This document shows positions 19,913 through 30,436 of a DNA stretch of 64,000 nucleotides, piece by piece. The DNA is taken from assembly GCA_964406475.1 (NCBI GenBank), contig CAYORS010000001.1, positions 35,881 to 99,880 on the forward strand. Reading direction: 5' to 3'. Origin of the DNA: an uncultured Candidatus Saccharibacteria bacterium. Its GTDB lineage: Bacteria; Patescibacteriota; Minisyncoccia; Phycocordibacterales; CAIRYW01. Position numbers and translations under genes: made by a program. Below the pieces are notes generated by a model, which searched no databases, was not told the origin of the DNA, and saw only the letters and a list, made by a program, of their open reading frames with translations. Numbering within the stretch: the stretch's first letter is position 1; each line of letters begins with the position of its first letter.

Positions 19913-21103
19913 ATGTTATATAAAATGACAAAAAAAATAGCTGGTTTTTTTGCTCTCGCAATGATTTTTTTTGTTGTGATGACACCTATAGCATATGCAG
20001 CAAGCGATTCGAAGAGTAATAATGGAGAAGGTACTTCAGCAGAAAAATCAGTCCAATCAGCAGGAACTTGTTCGATAGGAGCAATACTTGGACGACTTAT
20101 CTCAAGTACAGTAGGTAAAGCAATGCAACAGCTCACATCATACCTGTCTTCTTTTATTACAAGTTTTTTCAAAGACAAAACAACCCAACAAACAAAAGAA
20201 TCTACCGCAACATATACAAAAGTCCCCATTATTGCAACAGAAACAAACGTTGAACTCACAAAACAAAAAAACGAACTTCGACAACTCACAGCCAAAGAGA
20301 CAGGTCAAGCAGGCGCAGATACAGACTCTCTTTTGAGTGGTTTTTTGAGCGGATTGAGCAATATTTCTCTCGACTCTATAATGTTTTGTGTTATCAACGA
20401 AATAATGACATATATCACCAACTCAACGATAGAGTGGATCAATAGCGGATTCAACGGTAGCCCTGTCTTTGTGGAGAACCCTCGTGCATATTTTGAAAAC
20501 ATAGCCAACAAAGAAACATCCAACTTCGTCCGTGAATTGCAAGGTGCACAATCACAAGTAACAAACGGAATTCGCAATGCTGCAACAAGTATTGCAGCAC
20601 CGCTCCGAGACCAAACAATCCAAACCGTTATCAACTCTTCAAATCTTTCTTTTGCAGATATTATAAAACCGACAATGAGTCAAGAGCTTACTCAAAACTA
20701 CCAATCTTTTGTGAATGGCGATCAGTGGCTTGGTATGGGATATCTCTCACAACTTTCAGAAGATCAGAACAACTATTATGGTGTGCAGACACTTACTCTT
20801 CAAGAAAACGCTCGTCGTATTGCAGTAGAACAACAAAACCAACAGCTCCAGCTTCAATACAATAATGGCTACAAATCTTTCACAGAGTGTCCCGAAGGTC
20901 ACAGTAGAGCAGATGGTTCTTGTGATCCTGCATATTCAAAGGCCACAGTCACAGGAAGCGAGATTAAAGACGAGCTTCAGTCTCGAGGTATGATGAAATA
21001 TATGCGAACAGCATTTGCGAATGACTTTGACTCTATCATTACAACCCTCATCAACCAACTCGTCAAAATCGCAGTGAACGAAGTCTTCCAATCATCGAAC
21101 TAA
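19913..21103 (+). CDS. Exported helical protein of the T4SS-like locus
   Basis: Signal peptide; IEWINSGFNGSPVFVENP; position in operon. Confidence 0.75.
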   Translation: MLYKMTKKIAGFFALAMIFFVVMTPIAYAASDSKSNNGEGTSAEKSVQSAGTCSIGAILGRLISSTVGKAMQQLTSYLSSFITSFFKDKTTQQTKESTATYTKVPIIATETNVELTKQKNELRQLTAKETGQAGADTDSLLSGFLSGLSNISLDSIMFCVINEIMTYITNSTIEWINSGFNGSPVFVENPRAYFENIANKETSNFVRELQGAQSQVTNGIRNAATSIAAPLRDQTIQTVINSSNLSFADIIKPTMSQELTQNYQSFVNGDQWLGMGYLSQLSEDQNNYYGVQTLTLQENARRIAVEQQNQQLQLQYNNGYKSFTECPEGHSRADGSCDPAYSKATVTGSEIKDELQSRGMMKYMRTAFANDFDSIITTLINQLVKIAVNEVFQSSN

Positions 21104-21143
21104 ACACTTTTAAGTTTACAATCTTCGGTGTATAATTTGAAAT

Positions 21144-23855
21144 GTGAAAAAGAGTTTTTTCTCTAGACTCAATAGTTTTTTTGCAAAACAGAAAAAAGAA
21201 ACTTCTTTTCTTTTTGGTTTGACTTTGTTTGTTGTGTTGAGTGTAACCTTGATTTGTCCTAAAGTGACATTTGCAGCTGGTGAGAGTACAAGTAATTTTG
21301 AAATGATCAAATATATTTATACAGCGGTCTCCTCTCTTGCAACAGGAGCTACAAATGTCGTTAGTACAGTTTATGAAAGTTTATTTGGTCCAGTGATTAC
21401 AAGCATTGCTTACGTTATATTGGGAATACTTTCTTACATTGTAGATGCAATTGGTATTATTTTTAACATTGTCATTAGCATCACGGTTATCAATATGAGT
21501 AGTCTCATAAATAAGATTGATATTATAAAAGCCGGATGGCAAGCTATTCGTGATCTTACAAATATTATCTTTATTTTTATGCTGCTTTATCTCGCTATTG
21601 CCACAATCCTTCAGCTTGATGAGCACGGGGTCAAACACGGATTAAGTAGACTTATTATAGGTGCGACACTTATCAACTTCAGTCTCTTTTTTGTCAAAGT
21701 CCCTATTGATGTATCCAATATTCTTGCGATTCAAATTTATAATAAGGTAAATCCCCCAAGTGACTCTACATTTGTAGGAGCCCTTTCAGGAAGAAAAGGC
21801 CTTGGAGATGCCTTTTTTCAAATGTTTAGTCCACAAAAAGTATTTAAAGATCCTCGATTAAGTAATTTATCAAGTAATGCAGGTCCAACAGGTTCACTTA
21901 GTGGAGATGTGTTAAGAACAAATCCACTGACAACATTTGTGATGGGTATTATTATTTTTTTGATTATCATTTTTATTTTCCTTGCTGTTATTATTATTTT
22001 TATAAAAAGGTTTATTGTACTTATGTTGCTTATGATTTTTTCTCCACTTGCCTTTGCAGGTATGGCAGTCCCAAGCCATGACATAGAGCATCAAATCACA
22101 TCAAGGTTTTGGAATACTCTTTTTAAAGAAGCTTTTTATGCACCAGTATTTATGTTCCTTATGTATCTTGCACTCAAAATGGGAACAGCCCTCAATACAA
22201 ATGTAATAAGAGAAGTGGATGCATCTTCAGGTATCGACAGACTCGTAACACTTCCTTTAAGTAATGTGATTGGTTTTTCTGTTGTGATTGGAATGATGGT
22301 TTTTGCTCTTACCGTATCAGAATCAATGGGTGTTGCAGGTGCATCAAATGCAGTCAATGCTTTTGGAATGATGCGTTCTAAGGCTACAGGTTTTATTGCA
22401 AGTAATACCGCAGGACGACTCGCTCACACTTGGGTCAATAAGGGAAACGGTGCAAACTTTACCATGGCAGCAGCTGGACTAAAAAACAGCTCAGGCACTG
22501 CACAAGGCAAGCTTGCAAACTTCCTTTCACGCAGTTCGCTTGGACGTAGTGTAGCCAAACAAGTCGCTGGCACAGCCCAAAACATAGGCAAAAAAGATTT
22601 TGGAGGAGGATTTTCTTATGATCATAAAATACACGAACGAGAAGAGGAATTTAAAGCTGCGCTTGAAGAGGCCCATAATGATCCAAAAATGCTTGCCGAG
22701 CTTATGGGTAAAGCACTTGGTGATGGAAACAAAAGATCTACCAGTCTTAAAGCAGCACATAGAATGTTTCATCATATGTCACTTGAGGAGAAAGCAAACC
22801 TTCAACTCAACCTTGATGAAAAAATAAAAGAAGGAGAAAAAACTGACAAAGATGGAAAACCTGTCAAACCAAAAGCAGAAATTGATGCACTAAAAGCCGC
22901 ACGTGCAAACCTTTTTGGTGGGGGAGAAAAACACGAACACGGACGACTCACCGAAAACGAAAGTGTTGGTATTGTGCGTGAAATCGCTGAAGGAACAGAT
23001 TACCATGCTAAAAAGTTTAGAGCCGCCATTGAAAGTGGCGATGCTTCTAGTGTGGGGCACTTTATCGAGAATGCAACAGAAGGGCAAATGAAAGTAGCCC
23101 TCAGGTCCCTTGGTGATATGGAAAATCTAAAAATGAAACCAGTCACTGCTGATACACCAAAAGAAAAAATAAAAGAATACGAAATCCATAACCAAAAAGT
23201 CCAAAACATAACCAACCAGATCACCAACGGTCTCAGTAAGTTTAGAGGGGAGAGCTTCCACGCAATGGTAGCCAAAGATACTGCACAAAGTGAAACAATC
23301 AAAGAAGTTGCATCGACAGCTGTGTTAAAGGGACAAAAACGCTACCAGGCATTTCAGGCTTTTTCAGGTAGTAATGAAAAAATTAACAAGGCCCTTGCCC
23401 TTGGGAATCCCAACCTCCGCCAGGGTTTTGCTGATGAATTGAGAGATCTTCCTCAAATGCGAGATCATATACAAAAATACGACGAGAGACAAAAGAACAT
23501 CGAAAAGGGTCTCGAAGAAAAACTCAAAACCGCCAGAGGAGATGCTGCCAAAGAAGCGCATTTCAAAGCTGAAGCAGAAAAAGAAAAAATCAAAGCCTTT
23601 GAAGAAGACGTGGTACAAAAATATGATGAGACGATGTCAGAATCTACAACATTTAAGTACGCGAAAAGTCCGAACGGAGAAAGAACCGTCATACAAACAA
23701 AAGAAATGAAAGAAGAGCTTGGAAACCAAGAAAAAATATTTAAAACACTCGAAGAAGAAACAAAAAAACAAAAAGAGGCAGCAGGTGGGGGAAATTGGTC
23801 ACAAAAAAATCCAATATTATTTGACGCATACGGTCAACCAATAAACACAAAATAA
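21144..23855 (+). CDS. VirB6/TrbL-like polytopic membrane protein with a long charged C-terminal tail
   Basis: Many transmembrane helices, GWQAIRDLTNI, LINFSLFF, RFIVLMLLMIFSPLAF; tail of about 500 aa. Confidence 0.75.
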   Translation: MKKSFFSRLNSFFAKQKKETSFLFGLTLFVVLSVTLICPKVTFAAGESTSNFEMIKYIYTAVSSLATGATNVVSTVYESLFGPVITSIAYVILGILSYIVDAIGIIFNIVISITVINMSSLINKIDIIKAGWQAIRDLTNIIFIFMLLYLAIATILQLDEHGVKHGLSRLIIGATLINFSLFFVKVPIDVSNILAIQIYNKVNPPSDSTFVGALSGRKGLGDAFFQMFSPQKVFKDPRLSNLSSNAGPTGSLSGDVLRTNPLTTFVMGIIIFLIIIFIFLAVIIIFIKRFIVLMLLMIFSPLAFAGMAVPSHDIEHQITSRFWNTLFKEAFYAPVFMFLMYLALKMGTALNTNVIREVDASSGIDRLVTLPLSNVIGFSVVIGMMVFALTVSESMGVAGASNAVNAFGMMRSKATGFIASNTAGRLAHTWVNKGNGANFTMAAAGLKNSSGTAQGKLANFLSRSSLGRSVAKQVAGTAQNIGKKDFGGGFSYDHKIHEREEEFKAALEEAHNDPKMLAELMGKALGDGNKRSTSLKAAHRMFHHMSLEEKANLQLNLDEKIKEGEKTDKDGKPVKPKAEIDALKAARANLFGGGEKHEHGRLTENESVGIVREIAEGTDYHAKKFRAAIESGDASSVGHFIENATEGQMKVALRSLGDMENLKMKPVTADTPKEKIKEYEIHNQKVQNITNQITNGLSKFRGESFHAMVAKDTAQSETIKEVASTAVLKGQKRYQAFQAFSGSNEKINKALALGNPNLRQGFADELRDLPQMRDHIQKYDERQKNIEKGLEEKLKTARGDAAKEAHFKAEAEKEKIKAFEEDVVQKYDETMSESTTFKYAKSPNGERTVIQTKEMKEELGNQEKIFKTLEEETKKQKEAAGGGNWSQKNPILFDAYGQPINTK

Positions 23856-23856
23856 A

Positions 23857-24711
23857 ATGTCAAAATATAGCAACGAACAATACGTATCAATATTCAACAA
23901 GCTTCCTCCTGATATTAAGGATGTGGTCTTGTCTTATGCAACAGTGGATGCGCTTTGGGCAATAGGTAAGAGACACAACCTCCAAATCGACCAAACAGGC
24001 AAAATGATCGATATTACTTTTGATGTTGTGATGGGTATTGTCGCAACAAAAGATTTTGTCAAAGAACTGACCAACGAGCTCCACATATCTGCACTTGATG
24101 CTTTGGCTATTTCGCGTGATGTAGATGACACAATACTCCAGCCTATCAAACAAACCATGATCAAAACCTTTGGTGATAGCGCCCCTTACAAACCGTCAAG
24201 CAGTCTCGTTCAAGTATATGAAGATGAAGACGATCATCCGTCACTTCAAAAAGAAACAATCTTAAAAGAAATCGAGGAACCAGAAGCTCCAATCATCAAA
24301 AAAGAAATCGTCTACACACAATCCCCAGTACAAGTGGCGCAAGAAAAACCAAAACAACCCGAATCTCCCACATCACAAAAGACAGATCCTCTCCCTAGTG
24401 TCTACAAAGAAGAAATACAAAGCCCACAAAAAGAATCTGCACCCATAAAAGTCCCGAGCTTCCTCGAAAAAATAACCTCTTTAAAACTCTCTCAAAGCAT
24501 TGTGATGCCAAAAGAAGAATCCAGTGTTCAAACTATCATAGAAAAGGCACCTTCTGTTCCCACAAGTATTACCACATACCCTCCCGAAATTAAAGAGACC
24601 GGCAAACCTGAACCACAAAAACAACCACAAGTACAAAAAGACGCTCCAGAAGAACCTTCAAAACAACAAACACCACAATACTCAGTCGATCCGTATCGCG
24701 AACAAATATAA
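23857..24711 (+). CDS. Hypothetical protein with a Pro/Gln-rich linker
   Basis: Helical N-terminal domain, disordered linker, C-terminal DPYRE motif. Confidence 0.75.
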   Translation: MSKYSNEQYVSIFNKLPPDIKDVVLSYATVDALWAIGKRHNLQIDQTGKMIDITFDVVMGIVATKDFVKELTNELHISALDALAISRDVDDTILQPIKQTMIKTFGDSAPYKPSSSLVQVYEDEDDHPSLQKETILKEIEEPEAPIIKKEIVYTQSPVQVAQEKPKQPESPTSQKTDPLPSVYKEEIQSPQKESAPIKVPSFLEKITSLKLSQSIVMPKEESSVQTIIEKAPSVPTSITTYPPEIKETGKPEPQKQPQVQKDAPEEPSKQQTPQYSVDPYREQI

Positions 24712-24788
24712 AATACACGCCACCACAACCTTGGTGGTGTGTTTTGAAAGATGTGTTTGTGATATACTGTGTATGTAGTTTTTTCTAT

Positions 24789-25277
24789 ATGCAATATCAA
24801 GTACCACAATTTATTGAAATCGAAGACAAAATTTTTGGACCACTGACATTCAAACAGTTCGTCTATGTGACTGGTGGAGCAGGAATGTGCTTTCTTGCAT
24901 ACAAGTTTATCCCTATGCCTTTTTCTTTTTTCCTCATTATTCCTATTGGAGGGTTTTCTTTTGCACTTGCGTTTTACAAAGTGAACAATCGACCATTTAT
25001 TGATGCTGTAGAATCTGCTGTAAAATTCTTTTTGAGTACAAAGCTTTATCTTTGGGAAAAAAGAGACAAACCAAAAACTCCAGAAGAAATTGCCGAGCTT
25101 CCTAAAGGTGCAATCTATGTTCCAAAACTTTCAGAATCCAAACTCAAAGAGCTTACCTGGAGTCTTGATGTGAACGAAAACATCGATCTTACCAACGAAA
25201 CACACACACCACAAAAACAAAGCATCCTCAAAAACCCAAACCAAATTAAACAAAGTCAACATAATTTTTTAGAATAA
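24789..25277 (+). CDS. PrgI-family (VirB3-like) membrane protein
   Basis: MQYQVPQFIEIEDKIFGPLTFKQF, two transmembrane helices, NNRPF. Confidence 0.88.
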   Translation: MQYQVPQFIEIEDKIFGPLTFKQFVYVTGGAGMCFLAYKFIPMPFSFFLIIPIGGFSFALAFYKVNNRPFIDAVESAVKFFLSTKLYLWEKRDKPKTPEEIAELPKGAIYVPKLSESKLKELTWSLDVNENIDLTNETHTPQKQSILKNPNQIKQSQHNFLE

Positions 25278-25278
25278 T

Positions 25279-25926
25279 ATGGCTATACCAGGCAAAAGTT
25301 CACAAGATTTTATCCCTATCAAAGAAATACGAGATGGTGTTGTTATTTTAAAAGACGGAAGTCTTCGAGGGGTTGTTTTGACATCTTCGGTCAACTTCGC
25401 ACTCAAAAGTGCAGACGAACAGAACGCAATCATCTATCAATTTCAGAACTTTTTGAACTCTATCAATTTTTCTATTCAGATATTTAGCCAGTCACGACGT
25501 CTTGATATACGCCCTTATATCGCACTCCTCGAAAAGGTTCAAAAAGAACAAGAAATTGAGCTTTTAAGAGTTCAGACCAAAGAATATATTGAGTTTATCA
25601 AGACATTTACATCGAGTGTGAACATTATGAAGAAATCCTTCTTCATTGTAGTGTCTTACACACCAGCACTTCTTCAAAAGGGGACTGCGGGTGGATTCTT
25701 TTCTTTCTTTGGAGGAGGTAAAACTTCATCAAAAGAGAAAAACGATAATTTTGAAGAAAATCGCACACAACTTTTGCAAAGAATGGAGGTTGTAATGTCA
25801 GGTCTTACACGAATGGGGGTAAAAGCGGTTCCTCTTGGAACAGAGGAGCTGGTGGAGCTTTATTATAAATTGTTCAATCCAGGAGATACAGAAAAGCCTA
25901 TCAACATAGACAAAATTGGACAATAA
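25279..25926 (+). CDS. TraC/VirB4 N-terminal-like protein
   Basis: IKEIRDGVVILKDG and SSVNFALKSADEQ...FLNS; lies between PrgI and the ATPase. Confidence 0.75.
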   Translation: MAIPGKSSQDFIPIKEIRDGVVILKDGSLRGVVLTSSVNFALKSADEQNAIIYQFQNFLNSINFSIQIFSQSRRLDIRPYIALLEKVQKEQEIELLRVQTKEYIEFIKTFTSSVNIMKKSFFIVVSYTPALLQKGTAGGFFSFFGGGKTSSKEKNDNFEENRTQLLQRMEVVMSGLTRMGVKAVPLGTEELVELYYKLFNPGDTEKPINIDKIGQ

Positions 25927-25964
25927 ATTATCGTTTCGAAACAAATTAGATTATAATATTTACA

Positions 25965-27785
25965 ATGGGAATACTTGATTCAATCTTAGGCAGAAGCAAA
26001 AATACCGATACACAAGCGGTAACAGCTATTTTGCCACAAGAAATTTATGAAAGTGGAGTTTTGGAACTCAAAGACGTGATTGCACCAAGTGCTTTGAAGG
26101 TATCTCCTCGAGAACTCAACCTTGGCGACAAGATCGCGCGAACTTTTTTTGTGATTTCTTATCCTCGTTTTCTTACTGAAAGCTGGTTTGCGCAAATCAT
26201 TAACCTTGATCGGATTTTTGATATTTCGATTTTTATTCACCCTATGGATACAGCACAGGTTCTTCGCCAATTCCAAAAAAAGGTTGCTGAAGTACAAAGC
26301 CAAATCGCAAATAGAGAGGAGAGGGGGCTTGTACGTGATCCTGTACTCGACACTGCATATCAGGACCTTGAACAGCTTCGTGACCAACTCCAACAAGCAC
26401 AAGAAAGAATATTCGAAGTCGGACTTTATATTACAATCTACGGTAGTACTATTGAAGAACTCGATAAAGTAGAGTCAGAAGTTAAATCCATCCTTGAAGC
26501 AAAGCTTGTATATGTGAAGCCTGCACTTTTCCAACAAGAACAAGGGTTCCGTAGTGTTTTGCCTATTGGTAATGATGAGCTCGAGGTCCATTCTAAACTC
26601 AACTCAAGTCCTCTGTCGAGTATCTTTCCTTTCATTTCTTTTGACCTTACATCTGACAAAGGGATTCTTTATGGTGTAAACAGACACAACTCTTCACTTG
26701 TACTTTTTGATCGTTTCTCACTCGAAAACTACAATTCCGTCACATTCGCAAAAGCCGGAGCAGGAAAAAGTTTTGCCACAAAACTAGAGATCCTTCGATC
26801 ACTTATGTTTGATACTGATGTGATTGTTATTGACCCTGAAAGAGAATATGAATATCTCGCAGAAGCAACAGGGGGGCGATATTTTAATATTTCTCTTACA
26901 TCAGAACACCACATAAACCCTTTTGATCTTCCAACACCGCGAGAAGACGAATCAGCAGGAGATGTGCTTCGTTCAAACATCATTAACCTCGTAGGACTCT
27001 TTCGTCTTATGCTTGGAGGACTCACTCCAGAAGAAGATGCTATTGTTGATCAAGCAATCACAGAAACATACGCCCTCAAAGACATTACTGCGGATGCGGA
27101 TTTTACCAACGCAGAACCTCCTTTGTTGTCTGACTTTGAGCTTGTGCTGTCTGGTATGACAGGAGCAGAATCTCTTGTTCAAAGACTCGAAAAGTATACA
27201 AAAGGAACGTGGGCAGGATTTATCAACCGACCATCAAACGTTGATATCAATAAAAAATTCGTTACCTTTTCTCTTCGAGATATGGAAGACGAGCTCAAAC
27301 CTGTGGCAATGTATATTGTGATGCACTATATCTGGAATGCTATTCGTGAGAAGCTCAAAAAAAGACTTCTTGTGATTGATGAGGCATGGTGGATGATGAA
27401 ATCAGAAGACACAGCATCATTCCTTCTTGGTCTTGCAAAACGAGGAAGAAAATACTATCTCGGACTTGCAACAATTACTCAGGACGTTGAGGACTTCCTC
27501 AAATCACCTTATGGAACACCGATTATTACCAACTCATCAATCCAGATGCTTCTCAAACAATCTCCATCATCTGTCGATATGCTCCAAAAAACTTTCAACC
27601 TTACTGATGAAGAAAAATATCTTTTGCTCGAATCTGAAGTGGGAGAGGGAATTTTCTTTGCGGGATTAAAACACGTTGCGATAAAAATCATAGCCTCATA
27701 TACCGAAGAACAAATCATCACCTCAAACCCATCTCAGGTTCTTGCCATTCGTGCAGCAAAGAAAGCACAAGAAGAGCAAATATAA
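25965..27785 (+). CDS. VirB4-like T4SS ATPase
   Basis: Walker A AKAGAGKS, VIDPEREY, INPFD, Walker B VIDEAW, KRGRKY and ITQ motifs. Confidence 0.92.
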   Translation: MGILDSILGRSKNTDTQAVTAILPQEIYESGVLELKDVIAPSALKVSPRELNLGDKIARTFFVISYPRFLTESWFAQIINLDRIFDISIFIHPMDTAQVLRQFQKKVAEVQSQIANREERGLVRDPVLDTAYQDLEQLRDQLQQAQERIFEVGLYITIYGSTIEELDKVESEVKSILEAKLVYVKPALFQQEQGFRSVLPIGNDELEVHSKLNSSPLSSIFPFISFDLTSDKGILYGVNRHNSSLVLFDRFSLENYNSVTFAKAGAGKSFATKLEILRSLMFDTDVIVIDPEREYEYLAEATGGRYFNISLTSEHHINPFDLPTPREDESAGDVLRSNIINLVGLFRLMLGGLTPEEDAIVDQAITETYALKDITADADFTNAEPPLLSDFELVLSGMTGAESLVQRLEKYTKGTWAGFINRPSNVDINKKFVTFSLRDMEDELKPVAMYIVMHYIWNAIREKLKKRLLVIDEAWWMMKSEDTASFLLGLAKRGRKYYLGLATITQDVEDFLKSPYGTPIITNSSIQMLLKQSPSSVDMLQKTFNLTDEEKYLLLESEVGEGIFFAGLKHVAIKIIASYTEEQIITSNPSQVLAIRAAKKAQEEQI

Positions 27786-27789
27786 ACAT

Positions 27790-28476
27790 ATGAAAATAAT
27801 AAGTTTTATTCTTGATATTCTTCCTTTTTTAGGAGGAATAAAAATGATGATTGAAGCAGGGTTCAAAAAGGACCTTGTAGGTAACGAACTAAATGGCAAA
27901 CTACGTAAAATCCATTTTTTTATTGGACTTATTACACTTATCTTTGATTGTTTCACGCTCGAAGGAGGTGGTATCACACGAGGTCTTATAAAGCTTTTGG
28001 GAGAAGGATTTTTGAAACGACTCGCCGAGACAGGAGCAGAAAAAGCTGCCGAAAAAACTTTGGCCAAAAAAGTATTGCAAGGTACTGTGCGCACAATTGA
28101 AAAAGCTGAAGAAAGTAGGGTGGGTAAGTATGTGGTAAAAAAAGCCGAAGATAAAATTAGAGACAAGGTAAAAGAAGCTGTCACTGATGTAGAAGATTAT
28201 CGGCGTAATCCCGAAAAAAGAAAAGAGCTCCAAGAAAAATACGGACAAACAGAAAGAGATAAAAAAGAAATCCGCCGAAGAGTTATTGAACTACAAAAAC
28301 ACCACAAAAAAGTAGAAGAAGAAAATAAGGAAGAAGTGAGTAACACAGATCTCGACTATATAAGACAAGCTGTGGAGACAAAAGCAACAAATTCTATTTT
28401 TAATAGACCGCGAATTCTTCAACAAAAAAAATCTGTGCGTGATACAATAATAGAAAGACAAAAAAAGTCAAAGTAA
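27790..28476 (+). CDS. Protein with a pre-toxin TG-like N-terminus and a charged helical C-terminus
   Basis: ILDILPFLGGIKMMIEAGFKKDLVGNEL...R resembles the PT-TG pattern (recalled, not searched). Confidence 0.6.
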   Translation: MKIISFILDILPFLGGIKMMIEAGFKKDLVGNELNGKLRKIHFFIGLITLIFDCFTLEGGGITRGLIKLLGEGFLKRLAETGAEKAAEKTLAKKVLQGTVRTIEKAEESRVGKYVVKKAEDKIRDKVKEAVTDVEDYRRNPEKRKELQEKYGQTERDKKEIRRRVIELQKHHKKVEEENKEEVSNTDLDYIRQAVETKATNSIFNRPRILQQKKSVRDTIIERQKKSK

Positions 28477-29531
28477 TGTCATATCTACAGTCACAAAAAA
28501 ACATACTCTTTCTAGGATTTTTGGTTTTTGCTTGTGGCTGCATATTCTCACATCAACAAGTTTTTGGTGCAACAGACACCCTTCCTATACCGACAGAAAT
28601 AGACGATCTCGAAGAGCAAGTAAGCACACGAATAACTCCAAAATACCCTCGCCCTGGAGAAGATGTGACAATTACTCTTGAGGCATACGGCACAGATCTT
28701 AATGCAGCAAACATTATATGGTCAGTAAACGACATAATATTCAAACAAGGAAAAGGTGAAAAGCAGTTTAAAATAAATGCCGGCACATCAGGACAACAAA
28801 CCAATGTGTCTGTTACAATCGAACCTCGAAACGGCAAACCTATTATCAAAAATTTTGTTATCAACCCGCAAACTGTTGATATTTTGTGGGAAGCAGATAC
28901 CTATACACCACCATTTTATAAAGGCAAATCAATGTTTACACCTGAAGATACGATTACCTTTGTAGCAATGCCAAACATAAATAATGAACAACCTGATCCA
29001 AAAACACTTTCATACAAATGGATAGAAAACCAAGAAGTCCAAGGAAGCAAATCTGGTTATGGGCAAAACACCTTCAAGCACACAGGAGGCATTCTTATGA
29101 AACCCGTCGAAATAAATGTGGAAGCCTCAACAGAAGGGGGACAAAAAGCTTTTAATACTATTTTTCTTCGATCTATATTCCCTGAGGTCAATCTCTATGA
29201 AGACCATCCGTTATATGGTTTCTTGTTTAATAAAGAAATAAGCGGTGTTTTTCCTTTTGGCGAAAGAGAGGAGGGTACAATTGCGGCGTTTCCGTTTTTT
29301 TTGAGTACATTAAACAGAATAACAAAAAGCATTGTTTACAATTGGACTGTCAATTATAATAAAGTCATAGGTCAGAGCAACAAAAACGAACTCACCCTTC
29401 GTAATACAGAAAATACAGAAGGAAAGTCTTATGTATCTGTTGAAGTGAGAAATAGTGATATTTTTCTACAGAAAGGTGAAACAAACACATATGTTGACTT
29501 CAAGAAAATCAAAAAAATAATAGGTCTCTAA
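28476..29531 (+). CDS. Exported beta-rich (Ig-like) protein
   Basis: Signal peptide; WEADTYTPPFYKGK; Ig-like W/Y spacing. Confidence 0.75.
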   Translation: MSYLQSQKNILFLGFLVFACGCIFSHQQVFGATDTLPIPTEIDDLEEQVSTRITPKYPRPGEDVTITLEAYGTDLNAANIIWSVNDIIFKQGKGEKQFKINAGTSGQQTNVSVTIEPRNGKPIIKNFVINPQTVDILWEADTYTPPFYKGKSMFTPEDTITFVAMPNINNEQPDPKTLSYKWIENQEVQGSKSGYGQNTFKHTGGILMKPVEINVEASTEGGQKAFNTIFLRSIFPEVNLYEDHPLYGFLFNKEISGVFPFGEREEGTIAAFPFFLSTLNRITKSIVYNWTVNYNKVIGQSNKNELTLRNTENTEGKSYVSVEVRNSDIFLQKGETNTYVDFKKIKKIIGL

Positions 29532-29532
29532 A

Positions 29533-30396
29533 ATGAAAAAATTTTTAATTTTATTTTTTATAACATACAGTGTTGTCATAATCCCCTATTTTTCTTTTGG
29601 AGATAATGGAAAGTACACACCTCTCGCTCCAATACCAGGACTTTCAGATAATGTCGCCCCTATTGATACAGAAAACGGACTCAGTATTTATGTCAACCAG
29701 CTTTATACGTGGGGTGTTGCGCTCGCATCAGGCCTTGCTGTTATGATGATTATTTGGGGAGGAGTGGGATATGTCACAAGCGCAGGAGGTGGAGGAATAG
29801 AAGAAGCTAAAGGCCGTATAAATGCAGCTATTTTAGGACTTCTTCTTGCTCTTGGGTCATATCTTATACTCAAAACAATAAACCCGGAGCTTTTGAAAAC
29901 AACATTTGACTTGGCGACAATCACAGTAAATACCACAACTCAAAATGGTAATGGAGGTAACGGTGGTTTTGGTGGTACAAACCCCACAACAGGAACCATA
30001 ACTGGTGATTATGCATTTCTAAATCAAGTAAACAATGATCCAAACGGAGACCAAATACTTTTTACTGCCTATGGATATGCAGGGGACACCTCTTATGATC
30101 AAAATAGTGCGGAAGGAAGAGGAAACAATGATAATCAATTGACCGAAGGTTCTGTTGCACTTTCTCCTGATCTTATTTCAAAACTGAACCCTTCACCTGG
30201 TGCATCTGTTTTTGTAAACGGTGTGCACGTTGGATATTACGATGATAGCACTTCTCCAGATCTCACAAACCGTGTTGACTTTTATAATCCATCAGGAAGT
30301 TTGGGGGGGAATAATTTTTCAAAACCAGTAACAGGAACAGTCACAGTTGACAACAGTAGCGTCCGACCCCAAAAACCCAACCCTTCAAAGAAATAA
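29533..30396 (+). CDS. VirB2/TrbC-like pilin fused to a 3D/RlpA-like barrel domain
   Basis: YTPLAPIPG...AVMMIIWGG...AKGRINAAILGLLLALGSYLILKTINP, then FTAY...VALSPD...YDDS...NRVDFY. Confidence 0.75.
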   Translation: MKKFLILFFITYSVVIIPYFSFGDNGKYTPLAPIPGLSDNVAPIDTENGLSIYVNQLYTWGVALASGLAVMMIIWGGVGYVTSAGGGGIEEAKGRINAAILGLLLALGSYLILKTINPELLKTTFDLATITVNTTTQNGNGGNGGFGGTNPTTGTITGDYAFLNQVNNDPNGDQILFTAYGYAGDTSYDQNSAEGRGNNDNQLTEGSVALSPDLISKLNPSPGASVFVNGVHVGYYDDSTSPDLTNRVDFYNPSGSLGGNNFSKPVTGTVTVDNSSVRPQKPNPSKK

Positions 30397-30436
30397 ACCT
30401 ATACGATAGATATGAGATAATATATAATAAATAGTA

